IMG/VR virus record: IMGVR_UViG_3300027969_000097
Coordinates: 734 to 64,733 of that record
Direction: 5' to 3' (one strand)
From: a virus
Taxonomy: Duplodnaviria; Caudoviricetes
Length of the DNA: 64,000 nucleotides
Each line of letters begins with the position of its first letter. Position 1 is the stretch's first letter. The notes below the pieces were generated by a model. That model had not been told where the DNA came from, did no database searches, and worked only from the letters and a program-made list of their open reading frames with translations. The translations under genes were made by a program, and so were the position numbers. Of the stretch, positions 40,441 through 49,939 are shown piece after piece.

Positions 40441-40452
40441 TTAGAGAAAAAT

Positions 40453-41553
40453 ATGGCAACGTTAAAAAATACAACAATTACTTCAACAGATTCAGTAAAC
40501 TTACCAAATCAAACAGTAAGTACAGCGGCTGGAACATCTAAATTACGATTTAATACTACAAATAATCAAAATACTTTAGAGTTTTATGACGCAGGTAACT
40601 GGCGCCCAGTAACTGGATATAGTCAAGGATTAGTAGGAACTGGCGGAGATTCTATCTCTTATATTCCAGGCGGCGGCATTGTACACATGTTTACCAGTGT
40701 TACTAGCGGAACATTTACTCCTGCGTTTACAGGTAACGTTCAAGTTTTAGTAGTCGCGGGCGGAGGAGGCGGAGGCTCAAGCTGGGGTGGCGGCGGTGGT
40801 GGTGGTGGAGTTGTTTTTAATCGTAGTTTTCCTGTTAGTAATGGTACTGGATATCCTGTTTCGGTTGGCGGCGGTGGCACACACGGCCCAGGAAATAGAG
40901 GAGGTAACAGTGTATTTTCAACACTAACTGCCAACGGTGGAGGTTCAGGCGGCACATGGACACATACTAATCCAGGTGCTTTAGGAACTTATACAGCTGG
41001 TAATCCTGGAGGCTCAGGCGGTGGTGGAACAAATACTGGAGACGGTATTGATAGTCGCACACGCTGTTACGGCGGTTTAGGAGACAGCGGACAAGGATAT
41101 CCTGGAGGTAGCGGAATTAGATTTAACGTCGATTCTGAAAATACTCATCAAGGCGGCTCAGGCGGCGGAGCAGGTGGCGGCGGCGCATCGGCACCAGATG
41201 GTCGTCAAAATTACCGCGGCGATTTTAGAAGCGATAATATGACAGGCGGCGCTGGTCGAGCAAGCGATGTATTAGGAAATATGTTATACTTTGCAGGTGG
41301 AGGTGGCGGTGGTGGTCACTTAGGCTGGGGACTATCTGATGGTGGTATTGGTGGTGGCGGTGGCGGCGGACATCATCACAGTGGCCCATATGGCGGTACA
41401 AGCAGACAAAGTTTAGGCGGTGGTAAGGCTTTAAATGACGGTACTGCTTGCGGAGGAACTGTTAGCGGAGGGCCTGGCGGATCAAATTCAGGCGGCGGCG
41501 CCGGCGCTCACGGTGGCACAGGTGGTAGCGGAGTTGTTATTATTAGATACTAA
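40453..41553 (+). CDS. glycine-rich adhesin-like virion protein 3
   Basis: Same architecture, ending GGSGVVIIRY. Confidence 0.75.
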   Translation: MATLKNTTITSTDSVNLPNQTVSTAAGTSKLRFNTTNNQNTLEFYDAGNWRPVTGYSQGLVGTGGDSISYIPGGGIVHMFTSVTSGTFTPAFTGNVQVLVVAGGGGGGSSWGGGGGGGGVVFNRSFPVSNGTGYPVSVGGGGTHGPGNRGGNSVFSTLTANGGGSGGTWTHTNPGALGTYTAGNPGGSGGGGTNTGDGIDSRTRCYGGLGDSGQGYPGGSGIRFNVDSENTHQGGSGGGAGGGGASAPDGRQNYRGDFRSDNMTGGAGRASDVLGNMLYFAGGGGGGGHLGWGLSDGGIGGGGGGGHHHSGPYGGTSRQSLGGGKALNDGTACGGTVSGGPGGSNSGGGAGAHGGTGGSGVVIIRY

Positions 41554-42299
41554 ACTGACTTGTCAGTATCAAAAGGGCACTTAGTTGCCCTTTTTTCTTC
41601 TAATGCTGTATAACGTTCTTTTAAAGGTCTAAACATGTTAGCATTACGTATGTCATTACATAGTTTCATTTCTTCGTAAGGTGTTTCTGCCTCAACTAGT
41701 TTTACTATATCGTCTGTATGAAATTTTATATAAGCAAGTGCATCGCCTTTTTTAATTACAATGCGCTCTTTATGACTTCTAATTTCAAAAGCAGTTTCTA
41801 CAGGTCTAGTCCATTTGCTAATGTCGTACTGGCCTGGAACTATAGTAGTTTTTTCTGTAAATTCATTACGATGCATAAAAGCTGGAAATACTTGTATCAT
41901 AGTAGATTCTTTACAAGTAAAAATAGTAAGCCAATCAACTCCTAGTAACGGATATACATCGTTACCTTTTTCTGTACCAAATAAAAATCTAGTATCTATG
42001 ATTGAATCAAACACTTCTTGAGATATATTATCGCACCAAATTTTTACAGTATCTGTAGATATATCTATATCAAGATTAATTGTTAAATCAAACGGCGCAC
42101 AAAATACAAACGTATTTCGCAAAAAATCGGTATGTGCAGGACATTTTAAATACGTTATACCTTTTCTTGAACTAGTTATTTCCTTGGATAAATTTTTAAA
42201 AGGTTTGTAGTTAGCATCTAATAACGGCTTAACACAATCTGGATGATCAATGCCCCATGTATTATGAGTTGTAAAAGACCAATTTATTATTCTTGTCAT
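41550..42299 (-). CDS. hypothetical protein, possible dUTPase-like beta fold
   Basis: KCPA...F..PFD N-part and IVPG..D...W.RP....F...IKKGDALAYI C-part. Translationally coupled (ATGA) to the halogenase. Confidence 0.55.
   Translation of the reverse strand: MTRIINWSFTTHNTWGIDHPDCVKPLLDANYKPFKNLSKEITSSRKGITYLKCPAHTDFLRNTFVFCAPFDLTINLDIDISTDTVKIWCDNISQEVFDSIIDTRFLFGTEKGNDVYPLLGVDWLTIFTCKESTMIQVFPAFMHRNEFTEKTTIVPGQYDISKWTRPVETAFEIRSHKERIVIKKGDALAYIKFHTDDIVKLVEAETPYEEMKLCNDIRNANMFRPLKERYTALEEKRATKCPFDTDKSV
41571..41596 (+). terminator. terminator of the structural operon, embedded in the 3' end of the opposite gene
   Basis: AAAAGGGCA-CTTAGT-TGCCCTTTTTT, 18 nt after the last structural stop. Confidence 0.7.
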
Positions 42300-43759
42300 T
42301 TTGTAAGTTCATGTATGCGATCAATTTCACTACTATGGTGTCGACTCCATACATGTTTATGTTTTTCAAATTCTACATATACTTTTCTTAGTAATTCTCT
42401 AGCGTATTCAGGTGTGTAAGGAATATTCCTAGGAGCAATTTCAAACCCTAACTGTTGCAAGCACATGGTCCAACTACTACCGCCAAACATATAATTAAAT
42501 TTACTATCAACAGGCACTTTAATATCAGGATTTTTCAAACGTTCAAGATAATGTAGCATTCTTTCACTAGGTACAAATGTATCTTGAACATGTTTCCAAA
42601 ATTTACTTGTCCTATTATTATTAGCATAATGCATACTAACAAATGATACACAATCCTCAAACAGTGTAACCATAAATGTGTTGAACAAATCTATATCATT
42701 TTGTGTATAGTACTGTTCATGTAGTGTATTGCTTAATTGTGTAATGCCCACAGTAATTAATCCAACGCCTGTGCTTTCTAAAGGTTCTATAAATCCGCCA
42801 CTTAGGCCAATTTGTACAACATTGCCAACCCATGGATCTTCATTATAAAACGGATCCCAATTGATAGCACGTACATTTTCTTTTTTAATTCTACCTTCCC
42901 AATAGTTGGCAAAATATTCTTTAGCTTCTTCAACATCCGTAATATGTCTATTAAACACCATGCCACTTCCAATACGATTTGCAACTCCAATTTTCCATAT
43001 CCAGCCGTGATCAACAGCATCACACTCAGCGTATGGTTTAAATTCGTTAGGCCTGTCTACATATGGAACTTGATGTACTACCGCAGTATTAACAAACAGG
43101 CGATTTTTTAAATCAATTTTTCTTTCAGATGTTCTTAAGATATTATAAAACCCTGTACAATCAACGTATAAATCTGATTTAATAAACTGTCCGTTTTTTA
43201 ATTCTATAAAATCGATGTTGTCATTTTCTTTTATAACATTGACTACTTCAGATTTGATAATTCTAATTTTGTCTTTTAATTTTTCTTGTATATATAACAC
43301 TAGCTTTCCACAATTAATGTGATACGCCGCACTATCACCACTTATTGGATTAATTGTATTATGTAGTACTGCTGAACTATAGCCGCCTGTAACATGTGTT
43401 TTAAAATCTAAATCCTGAACTAAAGACCAAATATCCCACAAATGATAATCTTCATTTACTTTTCTATTGCCTTTAAAAAATGGATGCCAAATATTGTTAC
43501 CAGATTCACGCCAATTTGTAAACAATATTCCAGCTTTGTACCCAGAGTCTAATTCTACAAACCAATCTTCTAACGGAAATCCGCATTCTTCCATAAAAGG
43601 TTGAAAACTTAATAGTGTTGCCTCGCCAACTCCTATTGAGTTGCCTACTTCTTTATCAACAACTGTGATTTTAATGGCCGGATGGTTGTGATGTAAATAG
43701 GCGGCCGCCAGCCATGCACTAGTGCCCCCGCCTACAATGGTTAAAGTTTCTGTTTTCAT
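42296..43759 (-). CDS. flavin-dependent halogenase, tryptophan halogenase (PrnA/RebH) family, copy 1
   Basis: IVGGGTSAW, GVGEAT, YKAGI (catalytic Lys), GWIWKIG, FIEPLESTG. Start likely ATG 43759 (MKTETLTIVGG). Confidence 0.88.
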   Translation of the reverse strand: MKTETLTIVGGGTSAWLAAAYLHHNHPAIKITVVDKEVGNSIGVGEATLLSFQPFMEECGFPLEDWFVELDSGYKAGILFTNWRESGNNIWHPFFKGNRKVNEDYHLWDIWSLVQDLDFKTHVTGGYSSAVLHNTINPISGDSAAYHINCGKLVLYIQEKLKDKIRIIKSEVVNVIKENDNIDFIELKNGQFIKSDLYVDCTGFYNILRTSERKIDLKNRLFVNTAVVHQVPYVDRPNEFKPYAECDAVDHGWIWKIGVANRIGSGMVFNRHITDVEEAKEYFANYWEGRIKKENVRAINWDPFYNEDPWVGNVVQIGLSGGFIEPLESTGVGLITVGITQLSNTLHEQYYTQNDIDLFNTFMVTLFEDCVSFVSMHYANNNRTSKFWKHVQDTFVPSERMLHYLERLKNPDIKVPVDSKFNYMFGGSSWTMCLQQLGFEIAPRNIPYTPEYARELLRKVYVEFEKHKHVWSRHHSSEIDRIHELTK

Positions 43760-43764
43760 AATAT

Positions 43765-43772
43765 TACTTATA
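43765..43772 (-). promoter_or_regulatory. late-like promoter TATAAGTA, leaderless to halogenase 1
   Basis: 5 nt before ATG 43759, no SD. Confidence 0.5.
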
Positions 43773-43798
43773 TTATTTTCTGCCTCTAGTTCAAATTT

Positions 43799-43806
43799 CA
43801 TAAATA
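43799..43806 (+). promoter_or_regulatory. late promoter CATAAATA, leaderless to ATG 43812
   Basis: 5 nt before the ATG, no SD. Divergent from the 43765 promoter. Confidence 0.55.
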
Positions 43807-43811
43807 TTGTC

Positions 43812-44426
43812 ATGAATACCAGTAGCCTAAGAATATTTGACGATTTTCTCTCACCCGATGAATTTAAAACATTATCGGAAACTGTGCTAGGACAGAAATT
43901 TCCCTGGTTTTTTGGAGAACATGTATCTATGGATCCCAGAGATACTGCTAATGTAGACGATCCGTTAGCAGTTGAAACATGGGGATTTAATCATTCTGTA
44001 TTTGAACGTGAATGGGAAGTTAAAAGTTTTACCTACGATCAACTAGAACCCTTGTTTAAAAAATTAGGATCTGAATTTGGATTTACACAGGCCCATTTAA
44101 TTAGAGCAAGATTAAGCATGAAATTTCAAAAAGAAGGATTTACTGCTGATAATTATAACATCCCCCATGTTGATTACTATTATCCTCATGAATCTTTTAT
44201 ATTCTATCTCAATGATACAGATGGCGATACCCGTATATTTGATCAGTGGCACACATATTCGGAATCCACTAGGCCAGCATTTCCTGTAGAATTCACAACC
44301 CAAGCTCGGGTAACCCCCAAAGCTAATCGTCTAGTATGGATTAACGGACTGCAATATCATACTGCCAGTAATCCTATTAGCGGTACTAAACGAGTTATAA
44401 TTAATATTAATTTACAACCATTATGA
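43812..44426 (+). CDS. 2OG-Fe(II) oxygenase
   Basis: PHVD...FYLNDTDGDT...YHTA...KRVIININ (HxD..H..R). Confidence 0.85.
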   Translation: MNTSSLRIFDDFLSPDEFKTLSETVLGQKFPWFFGEHVSMDPRDTANVDDPLAVETWGFNHSVFEREWEVKSFTYDQLEPLFKKLGSEFGFTQAHLIRARLSMKFQKEGFTADNYNIPHVDYYYPHESFIFYLNDTDGDTRIFDQWHTYSESTRPAFPVEFTTQARVTPKANRLVWINGLQYHTASNPISGTKRVIININLQPL

Positions 44427-45034
44427 TAGTTGACAACATTTTTCCTATACCACTTGTTAGATTTATTGTTGATCCTGCTATTGTTAAAAATACACAACAG
44501 TTAGTTAATCAATATGTAATAGATTCAGACATGACTAACCCACCAGCGCCTGGCGAATTATTAACTACTTTTTACAAAGATAAAAATTTCTTAGGCAAAC
44601 TAGGAGATAAGCCTTTATCAAATTATATTAATAAAGTAACACGAGAATATTTAAACTTGTTAGGTTACGATCCAGATTGCTTTATAGAACTAACGTCGTG
44701 GTTGCAATTTAATCAACCTGGTAGTTATTTTGTCCGACATGATCACTACGGAGCATTAGTAAGTGGTGTATTATACTTACAAGTACCTGAAGAATCTGGA
44801 GATATTATTTTTCATAACCCGTTGGAAGCAAGACGTGTATCAAATACTTTTTTTGATAGAGTAAAAAAAGAAGAAAATAATTATAATTTCAGCCATGTAA
44901 AATACAAACCGGTAGTGGGTGAAATGCTAATGTTTGAGTCTTGGTTACAACATACTGTAGCACAGAATCATTCTAATGAAAATAGAATTTCAGTTTCATT
45001 TAACGTATGGGCAGACACAGATGTCAAAAGTTGA
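44423..45034 (+). CDS. putative 2OG-Fe(II) oxygenase (HxH, TIGR02466-like)
   Basis: FPIP start, RHDH..LVSGVLYL, FESWLQHTV, RISVSFN. Confidence 0.85.
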   Translation: MIVDNIFPIPLVRFIVDPAIVKNTQQLVNQYVIDSDMTNPPAPGELLTTFYKDKNFLGKLGDKPLSNYINKVTREYLNLLGYDPDCFIELTSWLQFNQPGSYFVRHDHYGALVSGVLYLQVPEESGDIIFHNPLEARRVSNTFFDRVKKEENNYNFSHVKYKPVVGEMLMFESWLQHTVAQNHSNENRISVSFNVWADTDVKS

Positions 45035-45602
45035 AATGTGGTTTCCAGTTGCAATATATCGACAAGACGGTATAATTACTCGCGAGCAAAATGACCGTTT
45101 ACGAAAACATTGTCTTGCTATACAAAAAAATACTCCAACCGGCGGCGCAGAATGGCTAGGAGGCACGTATAATACACATCAAACTCATGATTTATCTACA
45201 GATATAGAATTTCAACCAGCATTAGATGCTGTTACACATCATGTTCACGAATTTGCCAAATTACATAATTGTAATATGTCATATCAAGGAAGTTATGCAT
45301 GGATGAATATTGCAGAAGGGTCGGCATGGCAAGAATTTCACACACACAACGGTAATATCTTTAGTGCTGTGTATTATGTGGATGCGCCAGAAGGGTCTGG
45401 TAAAATTATATTTGAAGATCCTAAAGAACCCGATATGATGCCATTAAAAACACATATCAATAAGAATCATCTACGTTATACTAGAATTTCATATACACCT
45501 GAGCCGGGTACATTATTAATATTCAGGTCTTATCTTAGACATTGTGTAGAACCTGGGACTAATAGCGAACCCAGAATTTCAATTGCAATGAATTTTAACT
45601 AA
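45021..45602 (+). CDS. putative 2OG-Fe(II) oxygenase (HxH, TIGR02466-like)
   Basis: WFPVAIY, FHTH..IFSAVYY, FRSYLRHCV, RISIAMN. Start ATG 45021. Confidence 0.85.
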   Translation: MSKVEMWFPVAIYRQDGIITREQNDRLRKHCLAIQKNTPTGGAEWLGGTYNTHQTHDLSTDIEFQPALDAVTHHVHEFAKLHNCNMSYQGSYAWMNIAEGSAWQEFHTHNGNIFSAVYYVDAPEGSGKIIFEDPKEPDMMPLKTHINKNHLRYTRISYTPEPGTLLIFRSYLRHCVEPGTNSEPRISIAMNFN

Positions 45603-47073
45603 TTTTTTTAAATTTACGGATACTTTCAATATATTGTTTATGCCCTACAGTTGGTTGAACTGATCCTAACATTCTAATTTCTCGAATAAAATCTTCTGCA
45701 ATGTCTTTAATTTTAGGATGCATCATTTCGTATTCTTGTTTAATTGCACTGGTATCAAATAAATTTAATCCGTACAAGATATGTGTATAGTGTGCTTCGC
45801 TGAACAGTTTATAGTCAGTTGATCCTCTAAAATCATCGGCTACTGGTAAATTCTTCTTCCACATTTTTAAATTTTTTGCAAGACTTTCAGGAATAGGCAT
45901 GTTTTGTACATCTTTCCAAAACTGAGTATTATCTTTCTTAGTGATATAGTGTAATATAACAAAATCACGTATGTTAGTCAGTATGTCGGCAATATCTTTA
46001 TTGTATTTTTCTATATTATCTTCACTATAGTTAGGCAATCGGTGCATTAACAAAAATGACTGTTGTATGCTAGTACCAATACTAGTGGCTTCTAAAGGTT
46101 CGACAAAACTGGCACTTAAACCAATAGCACAACAATTTTTAATCCACACTCGATCTAATGCTCCAGGATCAAAAGTTAATGTTTTTCCAACAGTGATCTC
46201 TTTGCCCAACATTTTTTCAACTTCTAGTTTAGCTTGTTCCGGAGTTATATAGTTACTATCAAATATATAACCGTTGCCGCTACGTCCCCATACTGGAATT
46301 TTAAACATCCAACCGTAATCCATTGCCTGAGCTAGAGTCCACATGTTATATTCATCAGTATCTTCCATTGGAAATACAATAGCAGTATTCATTTTAAGAT
46401 ATTTGCTATGGCTTTGCCATGTAGCACCTAGTTTGGTAATTAACATCTTTCTAAAACCGGTGCTGTCAATGTAAAAATCAGCATGATATTTGTCAGCTTC
46501 GCCTACTAAGTGATTAATTTTTCCGTCATCGTCTAGTACTATATCTAAAATTTCATCGTCTATAACATCAATTTGTCTATCCATTGCAACTCGTGTAAGA
46601 AAATCATTAAGTTTTTGTGTATTAAAATGATACTGGTTCCACGGCGGCCCAGTACTGATGTCTTCTAATCGATAAGCCGCAACCCTATTATTCCAAGAAC
46701 CTGGTATGTTTAGCGTATGTTTAGGAGCACGATCTCCAATCAGTTTGCCGTATACTGAATGATATTGACCATTTTTTACATCTTTCTCTGGGCCAATGCT
46801 ATGCATATAGTCTTCCTTAGCCCATCCTTTGAACATAATCCCGCATTTAAAGGTAGCATCGCATTCTTGTATAACACGTTCAAATGGAACTCCAATATAC
46901 TGCATGAATTCATTCCAATGCTCTGTACTTCCTTCACCTACTCCTATGATACCAATTTTTTTAGAGCGAATAACATTAACTTTAGAAGTAGGAAATCGCA
47001 TTTTTAAAATTAATGCGGCCACAAAACCTGCTGTGCCGCCGCCTACTACTGAAATTGTATCTATTTTATTCAT
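45595..47073 (-). CDS. flavin-dependent halogenase, tryptophan halogenase family, copy 2
   Basis: VVGGGTAG, GVGEGS, ATFKCGI, GWMFKIP, FVEPLEATSI. Confidence 0.9.
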   Translation of the reverse strand: MNKIDTISVVGGGTAGFVAALILKMRFPTSKVNVIRSKKIGIIGVGEGSTEHWNEFMQYIGVPFERVIQECDATFKCGIMFKGWAKEDYMHSIGPEKDVKNGQYHSVYGKLIGDRAPKHTLNIPGSWNNRVAAYRLEDISTGPPWNQYHFNTQKLNDFLTRVAMDRQIDVIDDEILDIVLDDDGKINHLVGEADKYHADFYIDSTGFRKMLITKLGATWQSHSKYLKMNTAIVFPMEDTDEYNMWTLAQAMDYGWMFKIPVWGRSGNGYIFDSNYITPEQAKLEVEKMLGKEITVGKTLTFDPGALDRVWIKNCCAIGLSASFVEPLEATSIGTSIQQSFLLMHRLPNYSEDNIEKYNKDIADILTNIRDFVILHYITKKDNTQFWKDVQNMPIPESLAKNLKMWKKNLPVADDFRGSTDYKLFSEAHYTHILYGLNLFDTSAIKQEYEMMHPKIKDIAEDFIREIRMLGSVQPTVGHKQYIESIRKFKKIS

Positions 47074-47083
47074 TTATATTTTC

Positions 47084-47761
47084 CTATACAGTACTTATTG
47101 TTTGCTGGTTGTAGTTAAACTGCGATATGAAAAACAACAAAGTTAACCGTGGAGTTCCAGTTTTGGTGGACATACTGTTTGGCCTATGCCACATTTTAGA
47201 ATCGTACGCAATTAAACGATTAAATTTATTTCCAATTCTGATAGTTTCTGAATTTTCAAGTAACTTTCGATTTCTTTCAAATCCTTCAACAAATTCCGGA
47301 GTAACATTTTCGTCTAAATAAAATTTTAAACGAGCTTCTGCATCCGAAGGTAATTCATCACATGTTGATAAGTCTGCACCTTTGCCTGAAAATATAGAAG
47401 TTCCAGTATTAAGATTATCCTCGTCAGGAGTTAAGTATACCAATCCTGCTAAATTGCCATAGTCTGCGTGTATCCAACCTGCATTAAATCTTTTATCTTT
47501 GTAAACATCATTAATATGGAAACATACGTATATTTCGTATCGACTAATGCCTGGAAATACATCATAACTAACCCTATCAGCAAACCAATCAGCAAATTTT
47601 TTAATTTCTGGATCTTCCATAGCTAATAAATTTCCAGTTCTACGTCCTGGAAAATATGTGGACTTGTGGAAATCTAAATTATTTGCTATTGCAATAACAT
47701 TGTCAGGTTTATCAAAATAGTCATCTCTACAAATAAGATAATTTTTATAAAGATGTGTCAT
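47084..47761 (-). CDS. 2OG-Fe(II) oxygenase-fold protein
   Basis: FPGRRT, WIHAD..LAGLVYL, GTSIF, FNRLIAYD..WH, RLTLLFF. Confidence 0.8.
   Translation of the reverse strand: MTHLYKNYLICRDDYFDKPDNVIAIANNLDFHKSTYFPGRRTGNLLAMEDPEIKKFADWFADRVSYDVFPGISRYEIYVCFHINDVYKDKRFNAGWIHADYGNLAGLVYLTPDEDNLNTGTSIFSGKGADLSTCDELPSDAEARLKFYLDENVTPEFVEGFERNRKLLENSETIRIGNKFNRLIAYDSKMWHRPNSMSTKTGTPRLTLLFFISQFNYNQQTISTV
47092..47099 (-). promoter_or_regulatory. internal late-like promoter AATAAGTA for halogenase 2
   Basis: Lies in the last codons of the upstream gene, followed by AGGAAA RBS. Confidence 0.4.
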
Positions 47762-48408
47762 AATGTCTCAAAATCAAAATTAATTACAATTCTAGAACTT
47801 TTTGTTACGGGATAATTGCCAGCGTGGTATCTGTGACCGTTAAAGAATAAGCCTGCACCTCGCTTGGGAGTAACACGTACTAACTCTGGTAGCGGTTCTG
47901 CAAATACTGGATCGTATATTTCTTCAGCAGGATTAAAAATTTTATCAAATATAATAGTATCACCGTCACAGTCGTCTATATAGTAAACTAGTGTACTATA
48001 CGGATGCCCAGTGTTAAAGTCAACATGCGGTGCGGCATATTTAAAATCAGTATGCCCTTGCCCTTTGTGTGTATAACGTAATCGTATACGCAGTAAGTTT
48101 TTAACATTAATATTAGTCTTTTCTGTAAAAAAATCTAAGATAGGTCTAAAAAAATCATAGTGAGCAGACGTAACATTACCGTCAAACGCCATATGGAAGA
48201 ATCCTACATCATCTGTTATGTTAGGATCTACGTAATTAGGAGTAGTACCTACCCCATAGTGATCTGGATGGCCGATACGATGCAATAAAAACCAAGGAAA
48301 GTGATTTACACCTTGTACTCTTTCTAAAATTGCATTTTGAAAAGATTCTGGAACAATGTTTTCTATTAAAAGAATCTCGTCTTTAATATTGTTTATTTGA
48401 TAGGCCAT
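47758..48408 (-). CDS. 2OG-Fe(II) oxygenase
   Basis: FPW, APHVD, VYYIDDCDGDT, RYHAG, SRIVINF. Confidence 0.85.
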   Translation of the reverse strand: MAYQINNIKDEILLIENIVPESFQNAILERVQGVNHFPWFLLHRIGHPDHYGVGTTPNYVDPNITDDVGFFHMAFDGNVTSAHYDFFRPILDFFTEKTNINVKNLLRIRLRYTHKGQGHTDFKYAAPHVDFNTGHPYSTLVYYIDDCDGDTIIFDKIFNPAEEIYDPVFAEPLPELVRVTPKRGAGLFFNGHRYHAGNYPVTKSSRIVINFDFETL

Positions 48409-49939
48409 TTTTTTGTCGTATATCTCGTATATATTTTATAAAATTATTATATGTGTAACAACTTGAAAATTCTGTTCTCCATATATCTTGTAAATCATAA
48501 TATGTTTGAGCAGTAACAGTCTTAATATCGCCGTGTACTGGCAATTTAAAACCTAATTCTGCCTTAGCAACCGATGGATCTAGCAAATTTAGCCCATCCA
48601 TTACAAAACTGTATAGCGGCCAACCTGCAGATCCAGAATAACTAGGAAAATCATTTACAGTTGGTACTTTTGTTTTAGACATTTCTAATAAATTTGTTAC
48701 AAATTCAGTTTTAACAATACCAGACTTAATGTATCTCCAAAATTCACTGTCATCTCTTCCGCCCATATAATGCATGACTAGGAAATCCTTAATATCATCA
48801 TACATTTTTCTAACTCTTTGGTTGTGTATATTTCTAGAACCAGTGTTTAATGTTTCTTCTAGTGTAGGTTTTAAATACTCAAACACTATCATTTGTGCTT
48901 GAACAATAGACGAATGAATACTTGTAGCTTCTAATGGTTCTAAAAATGCACTACTAAGTCCAATAGCAACACAGTTTTTAACCCATGCATTTTCTTGTCT
49001 GCCAGAATCAAACTTAATAACTCTTGCCGGATTGATCTTTTTACCAAGTAATGTTTCAATTTCTTCTTGTGCTTTATCCGCAGTTGTAAATGCATCGCAA
49101 AATGCATAGCCGTTACCTTTACGATCGATTAATGGTACAGTCCACATCCATCCGTTCTGTTGTGCCCATGCCGTTGTATACGGAACCGGCAATTCGTCAG
49201 CATCATAATCTAATAAAAACGGTATAGCAGAATTAAGAGGAAGGTTAGCTTGATAGCTAACCCATTTATTAGGCAATTCGTTCATCAACACTTTATGAAA
49301 TCCAGAGCAATCGATGAAAAAATCTCCAGATACTGGATTGTTGTCTTGTAAATTTAATGTTTTTATATTACCAGTTACTGAATCTAATTCTACATTTACT
49401 ATTTCATCGTCAATATATTGTACATTGCCGGCACGTAAACAAAGTTTTTTAAAATACTTACCTACTAAATGAGCATCTACGTGAAATGCATTAGACGGTA
49501 CTTGGAAAGAGTTTGTACGCTCGTCAAAATTTGAAAGCCCGTGCTCTAACCAATAACCGCATCTGCTAGTTGTTAGTAAGGAATCATTTGCTAAACCAAC
49601 ACTTCGGCAAAATAAAGGATCAGGAACACTCATATGTGTCCATGATCCATCGATGGGTGCTAAGTAAGAACTATTAATATCGTTAGTCCAACCTTTGTGT
49701 TTAATACCGTATTTCAATGTGGCGCCGGTTTCTATAATAAATTCGTTTATGTCACACCCTAAATCGTAAATGTGATTTGTCAGCACGTCAGTTATTCTAC
49801 CGGTGGTACTTTCTCCAACCCCAATGATTCCAATCTTTGACGATTCAATTACAATAATATTATGATTAGGATGACGTCTGGCCGCTAGTAATGCTGTAAT
49901 CCAGCCTGCCGTTCCACCTCCAACAATAACTACGTTCAT
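48383..49939 (-). CDS. flavin-dependent halogenase, tryptophan halogenase family, copy 3
   Basis: IVGGGTAGW, GVGEST, ATLKYGI, GWMWTVP, FLEPLEATSI. Confidence 0.9.
   Translation of the reverse strand: MNVVIVGGGTAGWITALLAARRHPNHNIIVIESSKIGIIGVGESTTGRITDVLTNHIYDLGCDINEFIIETGATLKYGIKHKGWTNDINSSYLAPIDGSWTHMSVPDPLFCRSVGLANDSLLTTSRCGYWLEHGLSNFDERTNSFQVPSNAFHVDAHLVGKYFKKLCLRAGNVQYIDDEIVNVELDSVTGNIKTLNLQDNNPVSGDFFIDCSGFHKVLMNELPNKWVSYQANLPLNSAIPFLLDYDADELPVPYTTAWAQQNGWMWTVPLIDRKGNGYAFCDAFTTADKAQEEIETLLGKKINPARVIKFDSGRQENAWVKNCVAIGLSSAFLEPLEATSIHSSIVQAQMIVFEYLKPTLEETLNTGSRNIHNQRVRKMYDDIKDFLVMHYMGGRDDSEFWRYIKSGIVKTEFVTNLLEMSKTKVPTVNDFPSYSGSAGWPLYSFVMDGLNLLDPSVAKAELGFKLPVHGDIKTVTAQTYYDLQDIWRTEFSSCYTYNNFIKYIRDIRQKNGLSNKQY

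Noticed and set aside
38232-41553. GGCGGC/GGTGGT-rich arrays as CRISPR or satellite repeats
   Set aside because: They are poly-Gly codons in intact ORFs, with no constant repeat-spacer periodicity.
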